Virus record (IMG/VR): IMGVR_UViG_3300002219_000864
Location: 58,959 to 78,958 of that record
Reading direction: 5' to 3' (one strand)
Origin: an uncultured virus (IMG/VR IMGVR_UViG_3300002219_000864)
Lineage: Duplodnaviria; Heunggongvirae; Uroviricota; Caudoviricetes
DNA length: 20,000 bases
The translations under genes and the position numbers were made by a program. The notes under the pieces were generated by a model that saw only the letters and a list, made by a program, of their open reading frames with translations, made no database searches and had not been told where the DNA came from. Shown piece by piece: positions 1 to 7,953 of this stretch. The first letter of the stretch is position 1, and the number at the start of each line of letters is the position of its first letter.

Positions 1-1491
1 GACTGCAATCAGGATCCCGAAAAAGACGGCTGTTATCGATGCCTCTATGCCTACCGGAACAATTATGAACGAAACAACACTTCGCGGGATTCTGCCATCG
101 AGTTACTATCCGAGATTCTCAAATATCGTGATCGACTGGTCAAAACTGACTCTTTGAAAAACCTGTCAATAAACCCCCTTTTGGACAGTGAATTGGAGGA
201 GCGCTTCATTGAGGCACTTCGATCATTCCAAGCGCAGGATATCGAAATTACCCTGCGTAAGGAAGTCGTCAAGGGGAAACCCGGCTGGTACCTCAAAGTC
301 AATGATCGAGGTTATTTCATCGTTCCCCAAGTGGAACTGGGATTCGGGGAGGGAATTGTCGTTCCGTCGCGGGCAGATTTTATCTTTTATCCGGAATTGT
401 CCCGCGATGGTAAACCAGTTGTGGTTTTTACTGATGGGTTCATGTACCACGCCGGGAAAGGCAACCATAATCGCATCGGCAAGGACCTTGCCCAACGGAT
501 GGCCATTGCCCGAAGCGGTAAGTATGTCGTCTGGTCTCTTTCCTGGGACGACGTGGACAACAGTATCCATAAGAAGGACTGCCACTATGATAATTTTCTC
601 GGCGATGGGAATGAAAAAATCAATGGCTTCCATGCCCATTACGATGCCCAATTCAACGTCAAAAAATTGGGAGCAATACGATATCAAGCAAGTTTTGACA
701 TACTGATGACATATCTTGCCGATCCCAATTCTAACATGTGGCGGATGTATGCCCTCATCCACGGACTGGTTCATCTGGACTGTGTCTGTAAGGATGAGGT
801 GATTCGTTCTGCTACTGATGAACTGTGGGAAGATTTATCATGGCGCGATATCCAAGTGGGCATTAATCCCGACAAGTCAGGGTCTTCTTTTGTCGGGCTG
901 TACCAAAAAAACTGCGAGGATAACCCCTTAATAAAGCTGGTTGTCTACATTGGCAAGGATGATTATAGAGAAAATCGTTTCCATAGTATATCAGTTATTT
1001 GCCGTTTTTTTGATGACGACGATCTTGCGGACAAAACCTATTTCAAGGGGGCATGGAATGGTTTTATTAGGATGTACAACGTCTATCAATTTATCCCGGA
1101 CGCCGTTTTTATTACGACAAAAGGAATTTCCGAAGGTCAGTATCTATGGCTAATGGCCGACTCAGCCACGCAAAAAGATCAATCGTCCGAAGAATCCAAT
1201 GCACTGGTCACATTGCAAACCGTTACCGATGCACGCATTCATCCGCTCCTGTCTTTTCTCGTAACACACAACTTGCCGCTTCCCGAAGCGGGATTTGAAT
1301 TATGTGATGAAAAGGGTGAAATCATCGCAACCGCCGAACTCTCCTGGCCTGCCAAGAAGATCGCTTTTCTGAGAGAGAATGAACAGGGATACGAGCATGT
1401 CTTTACTGCTAATGGCTGGCGGTCTGCTGCGCTTAATACTGTGATTGCCAGTCCATCAATATGTATTTCCATCTTTAATGAGGAGAAATAA
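1..1491 (+). CDS. 5'-truncated large YprA/MrfA-like SF2 helicase: end of the DUF1998 Zn-binding domain plus C-terminal Vsr/DUF559-like endonuclease domain(s)
   Basis: The frame is open from base 1, upstream of the 154 start in the ORF track. DCNQDPEKDGCYRCLYAYRN matches the C...GCxxCL end of DUF1998. RADFIF...VVVFTDGFMYH...DLAQRMAIARSGKYVVWSLSWDDV resembles the Vsr/DUF559 pattern. The helicase motifs lie outside the window, so the helicase call is inferred from DUF1998. Confidence 0.8.
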   Translation, partial: DCNQDPEKDGCYRCLYAYRNNYERNNTSRDSAIELLSEILKYRDRLVKTDSLKNLSINPLLDSELEERFIEALRSFQAQDIEITLRKEVVKGKPGWYLKVNDRGYFIVPQVELGFGEGIVVPSRADFIFYPELSRDGKPVVVFTDGFMYHAGKGNHNRIGKDLAQRMAIARSGKYVVWSLSWDDVDNSIHKKDCHYDNFLGDGNEKINGFHAHYDAQFNVKKLGAIRYQASFDILMTYLADPNSNMWRMYALIHGLVHLDCVCKDEVIRSATDELWEDLSWRDIQVGINPDKSGSSFVGLYQKNCEDNPLIKLVVYIGKDDYRENRFHSISVICRFFDDDDLADKTYFKGAWNGFIRMYNVYQFIPDAVFITTKGISEGQYLWLMADSATQKDQSSEESNALVTLQTVTDARIHPLLSFLVTHNLPLPEAGFELCDEKGEIIATAELSWPAKKIAFLRENEQGYEHVFTANGWRSAALNTVIASPSICISIFNEEK

Positions 1492-3639
1492 ATGTTTACC
1501 ACACCGAAGCAAAAATTGATTGTCGCCATATCAAACGATTTTCTAAAATCTTTTTCGGGGATTCCCAAAAAAGAACAGGGTAAGGTCCGAGAGTTTTTTG
1601 AGAAATTCCGCGTGAACCCCGCATCGCCTGCCATTCAGTATGAGAAAATTCAGAAAGCAAAGGATGAAAACATTCGATCTGTCAGGATTGATCAGGATTA
1701 TCGAGGAATCATTTTAAAACCGTCCTCTGGAAACGTTTACATGCTCCTTTGGGTGGACCATCATGACAAAGCCTATGCCTGGGCAGAAAACCGACTTTTT
1801 TCTATTAACGCAGAGACGGGCGGCCTCCAGGTGATGAATATTGAAGAACAAAGCCTACCCGAAAAAGCGGCTCAATTGAAGGATTCAGGCTGGAATCTCT
1901 TCGATTCTTACAAAGATATGGACTTGATGCGGCTGGGCGTCCCCGAAATCCTTTTGCCGCTTGTGCGCCAACTTAAGTTAAAGGAAGATCTGGATGCATT
2001 TGAAAACCAATTGCCCCAGGAAGCCTATGAAGCCCTCTTTTTTTTGGCCGAAGGATTTTCCATGGAGGATGTCCTCAAGGATCTTGAAAAAGAACAAACA
2101 CCGCTACAAGTAGATACCGCTGATTTTGTTACAGCGCTTGAAAATCCAGACAGCAAGCGAAGGTTCCATGTTGTTGAAGGGGCTTTGGAACTGGCGGAAA
2201 TTTTGAATTCACCATTGGAGTTGTGGCGAATATTTCTCCATCCTTCTCAGAGAAGCATTGTAGAAAAGGAATATAATGGTCCCGTCCGTGTCCTTGGCGG
2301 AGCAGGGACCGGCAAAACAGTTGTTGCGATGCATAGAGCACGATGGTTAGCGGAAAAGGTATTCGTAAGGGAGAACGATCGCATATTGTTTACGACTTTC
2401 ACCAAGAATCTGGCGGCGGATATCAAAGAAAATCTCAGGAAGCTGTGTTCGTCCGATACCATGAAGAAAATCGATGTTATCAATCTAGATGCATGGGTGA
2501 TTCAGTTCCTGAAAAAACATGGCTATAGCTATACTTTGATTTTCCAGGACAATACTGGGGGGTACTGGCAGAACGCCCTAAATATGGCTCCGGCAGATAT
2601 GGATATAGACGAATCCTTTTATCCTCAGGAGTGGTCGCAGGTTATTCAAGCACAAGGAATAACGACTTCCGATGAATACCTGAAAGCTTCTCGGGTAGGA
2701 CGGCAGAGAAAATTGACCCGTCCCATGAAACAAAAAATATGGTCTGTATTTGAGGAATATCGGGCACAATTGAATGCAAAAGGCCTGAAGGAAATGACGG
2801 ATGCCGTGAGAGACGCCCGGATCATCTTACAAAACAAAGGTGATGTTTTGCCTTATCAAGCCATTATTGTGGATGAGGCCCAGGATATGGGCATGGAAGC
2901 CTTTAAGCTTATACGGCAAATGATACCCGAGTCGAGGGGGGAATCGAAAAATGAACTTTTCATTGTCGGGGATGCCCACCAGAGAATCTATCGGCACAAA
3001 GTTGTCTTGAGCCGCTGCGGTATCAATATCAGGGGGCGAAGCAAGAAACTTAAAATCAATTATCGCACAACGGAAGAAACTCGCAAATGGGCCACTAAGC
3101 TGTTGGAGGGTACAGCCGTTGACGATCTTGACGGCGGTGTGGACTCGCAAAAAGGTTACAAATCGCTGCTTCACGGTGATTCACCGGAGGTCCAATGCTT
3201 CAATTCCTTTACAGAGGAAATACAGTACATTGCTGCCTACCTGAATGAATTGGTCAAGGAGGGGGTTGATGTGAGTACGGTTTGTCTTGTGGCGAGAACA
3301 AATGATCTTATGAAGCAATACGAATCAGCCCTTCAGGAAAGGGGTGTCAAAACATATCTGGTCAAACGGAGCGTCGCCGAGGACCGAAAAACAGCTGGTT
3401 TGCGCCTGTCCACTATGCATCGCGTCAAGGGACTGGAGTTCGATCATGTGATCATTGCAAGCATCAATGATGGTGTGGTGCCATTGCAATCGTCTTCATT
3501 TTGGGATCCTTCTTCCGATCGGGCGGAAGAGAGCGAGAATTTAGAGAGAGCCCTGCTTTACGTTTCCGCGACACGGGCTAAGAAAAAGGTACTGATGACC
3601 AGTTATGGGGTAAAGAGCAGATTTTTAAACAATGGTTGA
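1492..3639 (+). CDS. UvrD/Rep-family SF1 helicase with an N-terminal RelE/ParE-like domain
   Basis: SF1 motifs: LHPSQ, GGAGTGKT (Walker A), TTFTKNLA, IVDEAQD (Walker B), VGDAHQRIY, INYRTT, STMHRVKGLEFD, LYVSATRAKK. The first ~100 aa (ISNDFLKSFSGIPKKEQGKV...IRSVRIDQDYRGII...LLWVDHHDKAY) are RelE-like. GAGGAG RBS; ATG directly follows the upstream TAA. Confidence 0.9.
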   Translation: MFTTPKQKLIVAISNDFLKSFSGIPKKEQGKVREFFEKFRVNPASPAIQYEKIQKAKDENIRSVRIDQDYRGIILKPSSGNVYMLLWVDHHDKAYAWAENRLFSINAETGGLQVMNIEEQSLPEKAAQLKDSGWNLFDSYKDMDLMRLGVPEILLPLVRQLKLKEDLDAFENQLPQEAYEALFFLAEGFSMEDVLKDLEKEQTPLQVDTADFVTALENPDSKRRFHVVEGALELAEILNSPLELWRIFLHPSQRSIVEKEYNGPVRVLGGAGTGKTVVAMHRARWLAEKVFVRENDRILFTTFTKNLAADIKENLRKLCSSDTMKKIDVINLDAWVIQFLKKHGYSYTLIFQDNTGGYWQNALNMAPADMDIDESFYPQEWSQVIQAQGITTSDEYLKASRVGRQRKLTRPMKQKIWSVFEEYRAQLNAKGLKEMTDAVRDARIILQNKGDVLPYQAIIVDEAQDMGMEAFKLIRQMIPESRGESKNELFIVGDAHQRIYRHKVVLSRCGINIRGRSKKLKINYRTTEETRKWATKLLEGTAVDDLDGGVDSQKGYKSLLHGDSPEVQCFNSFTEEIQYIAAYLNELVKEGVDVSTVCLVARTNDLMKQYESALQERGVKTYLVKRSVAEDRKTAGLRLSTMHRVKGLEFDHVIIASINDGVVPLQSSSFWDPSSDRAEESENLERALLYVSATRAKKKVLMTSYGVKSRFLNNG

Positions 3640-3700
3640 AACAGTGCTATGAAGCTTTTAGTGGACAACAAGTTTGATATCATATCCGATTATTGTGGAG

Positions 3701-3757
3701 AGAATACAAAGCAATCCATCCGACGTCTCACAGCCGCCGCTTATTTTTGTGTTAGAT
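3701..3757 (+). mobile_element. Degenerate integron attC-like site 1 (57 bp)
   Basis: AGAATAC-AAAGC-AATCCATC...GCTTATT-TTTGT-GTTAGAT has the 7-5-8...7-5-7 attC layout. The core site GTTAGAT is a perfect GTTRRRY. The inverse core has lost AAC (reads TAC) and the L boxes pair only partly. Confidence 0.65.
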
Positions 3758-4319
3758 GCAGATGAAAACAATCGCTGACATAGAGCATTACTTCCGCGAC
3801 CGAGCAAAGGAGCTGAAAGCGTTCTCACAAAATGGTACGCCATGGGAATTTCTCTGTATGGCCGCCTTCGTCGAATACTTATCCAAACTCGTGTATGGTC
3901 AAGATAATGGTGCTCTCGGATTCAAAAATTTCGTCATAGATTACTTGGCTAAAATCAATCCCCTGTATCAGAACTTCAAATATAAGAACGGCGAATCCGA
4001 CTTGAACAAACAGATGTATCATATATTGCGATGTGGCATTGTGCATTCGTTCTCACTTGTTCCTGACAAAAAAAGCATCAAGGAGGGTGGCCGGCTGCGG
4101 TCTATCGTTCTAGCCCACAAGAAATCTGGTCAATCCCATCTCAGCGCTTACTCTTCCTGCGATGCTCATGACGCCGCCATATTTATTTCAGAGGATTTTG
4201 CCTGCGATATTGAGCTCGTAGTTGACCACATATTCGGTGAAGCAAAGACTTGCCCCGCTTTGAGGCGCAATATTGAAACATGGTTAAGCACCCAACCTCC
4301 AATAACTGGAGGTATCTAA
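3756..4319 (+). CDS. Hypothetical cassette protein with HEPN-like RxxxxH motif (start may be 3762)
   Basis: 187-aa, apparently helical ORF containing MYHILRCGIVHSFS (R-x4-H). It starts at an attC core site and its stop lies inside the next inverse core site. Confidence 0.7.
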   Translation: MQMKTIADIEHYFRDRAKELKAFSQNGTPWEFLCMAAFVEYLSKLVYGQDNGALGFKNFVIDYLAKINPLYQNFKYKNGESDLNKQMYHILRCGIVHSFSLVPDKKSIKEGGRLRSIVLAHKKSGQSHLSAYSSCDAHDAAIFISEDFACDIELVVDHIFGEAKTCPALRRNIETWLSTQPPITGGI

Positions 4320-4372
4320 TGATGCTATGCGCGCCTCATCGCGCACCGCTCCAGTTGATGGCCATGTTATGT
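4314..4372 (+). mobile_element. Degenerate integron attC-like site 2 (59 bp)
   Basis: Begins ATCTAAT, which contains the TAA stop and is 6/7 complementary to GTTAGAT at the start of the same cassette. Ends GTTGATG-GCCAT-GTTATGT. L-box pairing is poor. Confidence 0.55.
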
Positions 4373-4395
4373 ACGTAAGGTGGAGTCCATAAACT

Positions 4396-5214
4396 ATGGA
4401 GCAGGAAAAAATTAGATTCGGTCTTTGTGATGAATGGGTAATTTTTCTGGAAAGGCACGGGAAGTTTGTAGAGAAACAAAAACGGCTCATTGATACTTTT
4501 CATAACATTTTTATAAGAGACGTGGAAACAAGCAACTCAGCCGATTGCGTTGTGTTTATGTTGGGTCGCCTCGCTGTCGAGGATTTCATGGAGATTCTTC
4601 TGCTCTGCGGGAATGGCTATGGCATAGGCGGTATGAAGCTTCTGCGGGGGCTCTATGAAAAAGCTGTTACTTTAGGCTACATTGCAAAAAATCCTGACAA
4701 GGCGGAGCAGTTTCTTGAATACTATTACGTTCATCAGGGCAAGCATTTCAATCATGCAAAGAAGGTATTTGCCATGGATGAGTTTTTGTCCTCTTCTCAA
4801 ATCGAGCAGATTGAAAGTGCCTACGAGAAAGCCAAACAGAAGTATCAAGAAGTGCTATGCAAGAAGTGCGGGACCACACGAACACGGATTTCATGGTCGG
4901 AGTTGGACCTTCTCTCAATGGCACGTAAAGCCGGTCTTGATAAATTGTACCTGCAATGCTATTACGATCCGACGCTTCAGGCACACACAACTTTTTCCTC
5001 GCTTGCATCTAAGTTGAAAGTTAAGGAAAACGGGCATGTAAGCTTTGATGAAAGCCCTCAGCACGATAGGGCGGACGTGGCACTGATAGGTGCGCATCAA
5101 GTAATCCTGCACGTACTCGACACCGAAAACGGCTATTTCAAAATGGGGCTTGAGAACGAAATACAGGAGCTATTTATGGACTTCATGTACGTTTGGAAAA
5201 AAGAGCTTGGATGA
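4396..5214 (+). CDS. DUF5677-like (HEPN-related helical) cassette protein
   Basis: ILLLCGNGYGIGGMKLLRGLYEKAVTLGYI and SWSELDLLSMARKAGLDKLYLQCYYDPTLQAH resemble the DUF5677 pattern (LxRxxxE ... Y...H). It has a CKKC insert and an AAGGTGGAG RBS. Confidence 0.7.
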   Translation: MEQEKIRFGLCDEWVIFLERHGKFVEKQKRLIDTFHNIFIRDVETSNSADCVVFMLGRLAVEDFMEILLLCGNGYGIGGMKLLRGLYEKAVTLGYIAKNPDKAEQFLEYYYVHQGKHFNHAKKVFAMDEFLSSSQIEQIESAYEKAKQKYQEVLCKKCGTTRTRISWSELDLLSMARKAGLDKLYLQCYYDPTLQAHTTFSSLASKLKVKENGHVSFDESPQHDRADVALIGAHQVILHVLDTENGYFKMGLENEIQELFMDFMYVWKKELG

Positions 5215-5274
5215 GCAGGCGCTGAACCCGATCATGGCCCTATCATACCACTCCGAGTTGGCTCTATGTTATAC
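5209..5274 (+). mobile_element. Degenerate integron attC-like site 3 (66 bp)
   Basis: GGATGAG-CAGGC-GCTGAACC...AGTTGGC-TCTAT-GTTATAC keeps exact attC spacing. The L boxes pair 5/7 after removing the extrahelical base. The inverse core is strongly decayed but still overlaps the stop codon. Confidence 0.6.
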
Positions 5275-5290
5275 ACGAGGGACTAAGAAA

Positions 5291-5875
5291 ATGCAATGTG
5301 ACAACGAAGCAAACGTTTATAAGCTACTTGGGGAGTTCTGCGTTCAATTCGAGCAGGTTTGCCGGTCGATGGAGGTTTGCATTCGCACAATCCTTGCCAA
5401 TCAGGGTTTGACCAATGAACGAGTTCACGAGATTCTTCTGGCTGACTATACCGCTGAACCCCTCCGCAAGTTGCTCCAGAGCCTTGTTGGGGAAGTGTTA
5501 GCCAAGGACTCTCAAGATGTCAAAATTTGCTCAAAGGTTTTCGGCAAACTTCAAGAGTTAACCAGCGAGCGAAACGACATTGTGCACTCCAAGTGGTTCA
5601 TTCTCGATGTGACAAATGACGTCGGAACCAAGAATTTCCTAGTCCTGGGTGAGAAGCTACATGCAAACAGGGAAGGAGCGGCTACAAAAAGGTTAAAACT
5701 CGATCGGGCCAGACTGGAGAAAAACATCGCGAAATGCAAAGAGGCCAGCATTTTGCTGAAGTTGCTCATGCGGTGTATTCTTGGGTTACGAAAGCTCAAT
5801 GAATGCTATAAATTAAACAAGGACGGGCTCACATGGAGCAAAGATGCTCTGAGACCCTTGAAACTGAACGTATAA
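5291..5875 (+). CDS. Hypothetical cassette protein with HEPN-like RNxxxH motif (194 aa)
   Basis: ATG at 5291 follows a GAGG RBS and an attC core site. Contains LGEFCVQFEQV near the N-terminus and LTSERNDIVHSKW (R-N-x3-H). Confidence 0.75.
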   Translation: MQCDNEANVYKLLGEFCVQFEQVCRSMEVCIRTILANQGLTNERVHEILLADYTAEPLRKLLQSLVGEVLAKDSQDVKICSKVFGKLQELTSERNDIVHSKWFILDVTNDVGTKNFLVLGEKLHANREGAATKRLKLDRARLEKNIAKCKEASILLKLLMRCILGLRKLNECYKLNKDGLTWSKDALRPLKLNV

Positions 5876-5938
5876 TAAGGCGCAGAAGCTGATCGACGCG
5901 AAGGGACGACCGCCGCCCTCGCTAAATCTGTTTTATAC
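5870..5938 (+). mobile_element. Degenerate integron attC-like site 4
   Basis: GTATAAT contains the stop and is 6/7 complementary to GTTATAC at this cassette's start. It is followed by AAGGC-GCAGAAGC-TGA, a typical attC left arm. The right arm is decayed (GCTAAATCTGT-TTTATAC), so the right boundary is uncertain. Confidence 0.55.
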
Positions 5939-6221
5939 TCTCTATCAACTGGCAATCTTCAGCAATTCATTATTCAAAATGTTAAGTGGAGTAGCAGAAA
6001 ATAAATAATCTAATATTTCACAAAAGATGTCTGAGGCATTCTACAATCGCTTGCTAAATAGGTAAATATGCAGAGGTCTTACTCATTAATTCCTAAAATC
6101 AATAAATGTCTTGTCGATCAGGGGCTGCAATTCAATAGCGAACCCCTTCGTGTCTCTGCACTGGCCACATGTCTTCGCACGTATGCACCCTACTTCCCCA
6201 GTTTCTGAAAGATAGCGTTAC

Positions 6222-6446
6222 TCACACCCTCTCCCCCTTCCTGGCCTTCACACCCGTCCACCGTCTCAACACAGATGGGAAAAACGCGATTCTCTTCTGA
6301 GGCGGCCGTCCCCGGCGTGTCTCAAACACCACCCCTGCTTCGATCAGTTCCTTTTTCATACTGCGCACCTTCCGCTCGCTGCAGCCCAGGCACCGGGCAA
6401 CGTTCGCCCACCCTGTTATGGCTTCCTCGATATCGTGTATGGTCAT
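6222..6446 (-). CDS. Small HTH DNA-binding protein (excisionase/late regulator-like, 74 aa)
   Basis: ITGWANVARCLGCSERKVRSMKKEL is HTH-like with a basic wing (RRGRPP). ATG at 6446 follows GGAGTGGAG, preferred over 6491. Confidence 0.6.
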   Translation of the reverse strand: MTIHDIEEAITGWANVARCLGCSERKVRSMKKELIEAGVVFETRRGRPPQKRIAFFPSVLRRWTGVKARKGERV

Positions 6447-6523
6447 GCTCCACTCCCTGGTACGGTTATTCTCCCAGGGGGCCATGAACATGACGCGCTG
6501 GTGTGTTTGCCTGGTGTTGCGAT

Positions 6524-6661
6524 TTACTTTACCGGGTTCTTGCCCTGCAGCATCGCTTCCAACAACCCGATCAGCATTCTGAGGATGCGGATGATCGACT
6601 TAAGAAACAGCCTCATCTCCAGTGTCAGCGTTATACGCTCTTCGCTGCGTTCCCGGTCCAT
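6524..6661 (-). CDS. Small hypothetical protein (45 aa, amphipathic helix)
   Basis: MDRERSEERITLTLEMRLFLKSIIRILRMLIGLLEAML; fills the gap between co-oriented neighbours without overlap. Confidence 0.45.
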   Translation of the reverse strand: MDRERSEERITLTLEMRLFLKSIIRILRMLIGLLEAMLQGKNPVK

Positions 6662-6666
6662 CGGCC

Positions 6667-6957
6667 CTACATCATCCTCCTGGGCTCCCGCGTGTCGAGG
6701 AATATCCGTCCGCTGTCCTGGTGGATCGTGTACGGGTAGTCGTGGTTGTAGAGCCACACCCGCCCATTACAGATGACGTTCGTCGCGTAGTCTTTCTCCA
6801 CTGTCTCGGGCACCGGTCCGTTCACCGCCAGTTCGAGCAGGAACTCAACGGTCTCCCGCTGCCCTTTGTTGCGGAGTGTGTACCGATACAGGGAGCCCTG
6901 TAATTCGGTTTTTAGTTTTTCCTTGTAGCGCTCGTCCATTCTTTTTATCTGTTCCAT
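6667..6957 (-). CDS. Hypothetical phage protein (96 aa)
   Basis: AGGAG RBS upstream of ATG 6957; co-oriented in the operon. Confidence 0.6.
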   Translation of the reverse strand: MEQIKRMDERYKEKLKTELQGSLYRYTLRNKGQRETVEFLLELAVNGPVPETVEKDYATNVICNGRVWLYNHDYPYTIHQDSGRIFLDTREPRRMM

Positions 6958-7002
6958 GCTATACTCCTGCTCCTGTAGAAAATATCGAAAATAGACTTCT
7001 TT

Positions 7003-7359
7003 TTACCGTAGCCGCTTCGATCCATTTGTCCTTCTTTTCGGGTTGGCTGCCCGGGCTTTCTGGAATGCCTCCATCTGTTTCTCTGTCTTGGGAGGTCTCT
7101 TCGGTTTCGGTGCCGGGTTCGTCCCATACGGGTTATAGGGATACAGCGGACATGTCATTTCTTCACAGTCTGTTGCCCGCTCATCGGAGTGATATCCCAT
7201 GCACCAGTAGCAGTGTGCCCGGACAGCTGCCAGTGCCGACGGTAATGCCTTTCCTGCCAGATGGTCAATGAGTTCCTGCCTGCCCTTGACGACCTTCCCT
7301 ATCCGCTTGATGTCGCTGAGTTCCTGCCTGGCCAGATCGTTGATCGGTTCGTATTTCAT
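7003..7359 (-). CDS. Hypothetical Cys-rich (putative Zn-binding) phage protein (118 aa)
   Basis: GGAGG RBS before ATG 7359; AVRAHCYWCMGY...DCEEMTCPLYPY four-Cys motif; basic tail. Confidence 0.7.
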   Translation of the reverse strand: MKYEPINDLARQELSDIKRIGKVVKGRQELIDHLAGKALPSALAAVRAHCYWCMGYHSDERATDCEEMTCPLYPYNPYGTNPAPKPKRPPKTEKQMEAFQKARAANPKRRTNGSKRLR

Positions 7360-7369
7360 TGCCTGCCTC

Positions 7370-7639
7370 CTATGCGGTGGTAATCTCATACTGCCATGGC
7401 GGCGGTGGCAGGAGGTCTTCACAAGGCACCTCCTCGTAGGCCCCGGACTCAAGGAGTTCGTCGATGGTGCCGCATCGACCCGAGGGCACCTGTTCGCCCT
7501 CCCTCCACAGGCAGTACTTCCCGTCATCTGTTTCCCTGAGCAGATGTACTTCCAGCCTCAGGCTTGCAAAATGACGCACCCAGGCTTTCAGGCTCTCGCG
7601 GTTTCTCTGGGGGTCGCTGAAGATGAATCCTTTTGTCAT
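7370..7639 (-). CDS. Hypothetical phage protein (89 aa)
   Basis: AAGGAG RBS; ATGA overlap with the upstream VRR-NUC stop. Confidence 0.6.
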   Translation of the reverse strand: MTKGFIFSDPQRNRESLKAWVRHFASLRLEVHLLRETDDGKYCLWREGEQVPSGRCGTIDELLESGAYEEVPCEDLLPPPPWQYEITTA

Positions 7640-7953
7640 GTTGTTCTCCTTTCCAGATCGTCCACCACGGATATGACGTCGTCGTAGCTTGCCACCACCC
7701 GATATATTCCGCCGTGCCCCTCGATGTCCGTCTTGAACTGCTCCTGCACCGGGGACAATGGAGCGCCCGGGCGCTTTGTCTCCAGGTACACGGTGATCCC
7801 GTCCTTGATTGCCGTCAGGTCAGACAACCCCTTGTGGCTCCCCATGCTCTGCTGGTGACGGATCACATACCATCCCCGCAGCCGCAAATAATTGCGCAAG
7901 GCAGCGAGGATGGCTGCTTCAGTAGTTTTGCCCTGTTTGTTAGAGCGGTACAT
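7636..7953 (-). CDS. VRR-NUC domain nuclease (putative Holliday junction resolvase)
   Basis: TEAAI...KGLSDL...VYLETKRPG...LSPVQ...GGIYRVV is the PD-(D/E)xK VRR-NUC pattern. ATG 7953 follows GAGGA. Confidence 0.85.
   Translation of the reverse strand: MYRSNKQGKTTEAAILAALRNYLRLRGWYVIRHQQSMGSHKGLSDLTAIKDGITVYLETKRPGAPLSPVQEQFKTDIEGHGGIYRVVASYDDVISVVDDLERRTT

Noticed and set aside
154..156. ORF-track start of the first gene
   Set aside because: The frame is open to base 1 and includes the DUF1998 Cys motif, so the gene starts upstream of the window.
3649..3765. 38-codon ORF MKLLVDNKF... after the UvrD gene
   Set aside because: No clear RBS, no recognisable motif, and it runs through the attC-like site.
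5150..5290. N-terminal extension of the 241-aa ORF
   Set aside because: It overlaps the previous gene and spans an attC-like site; ATG 5291 has an RBS.
3701..5938. Complete active integron
   Set aside because: No tyrosine recombinase or attI is visible in the window and all attC-like sites are degenerate.
6455..6480. CCCTGG/CCAGGG inverted repeat upstream of the HTH gene
   Set aside because: Only about 6 bp with a long loop and no U-tract; too weak to call a terminator or operator.
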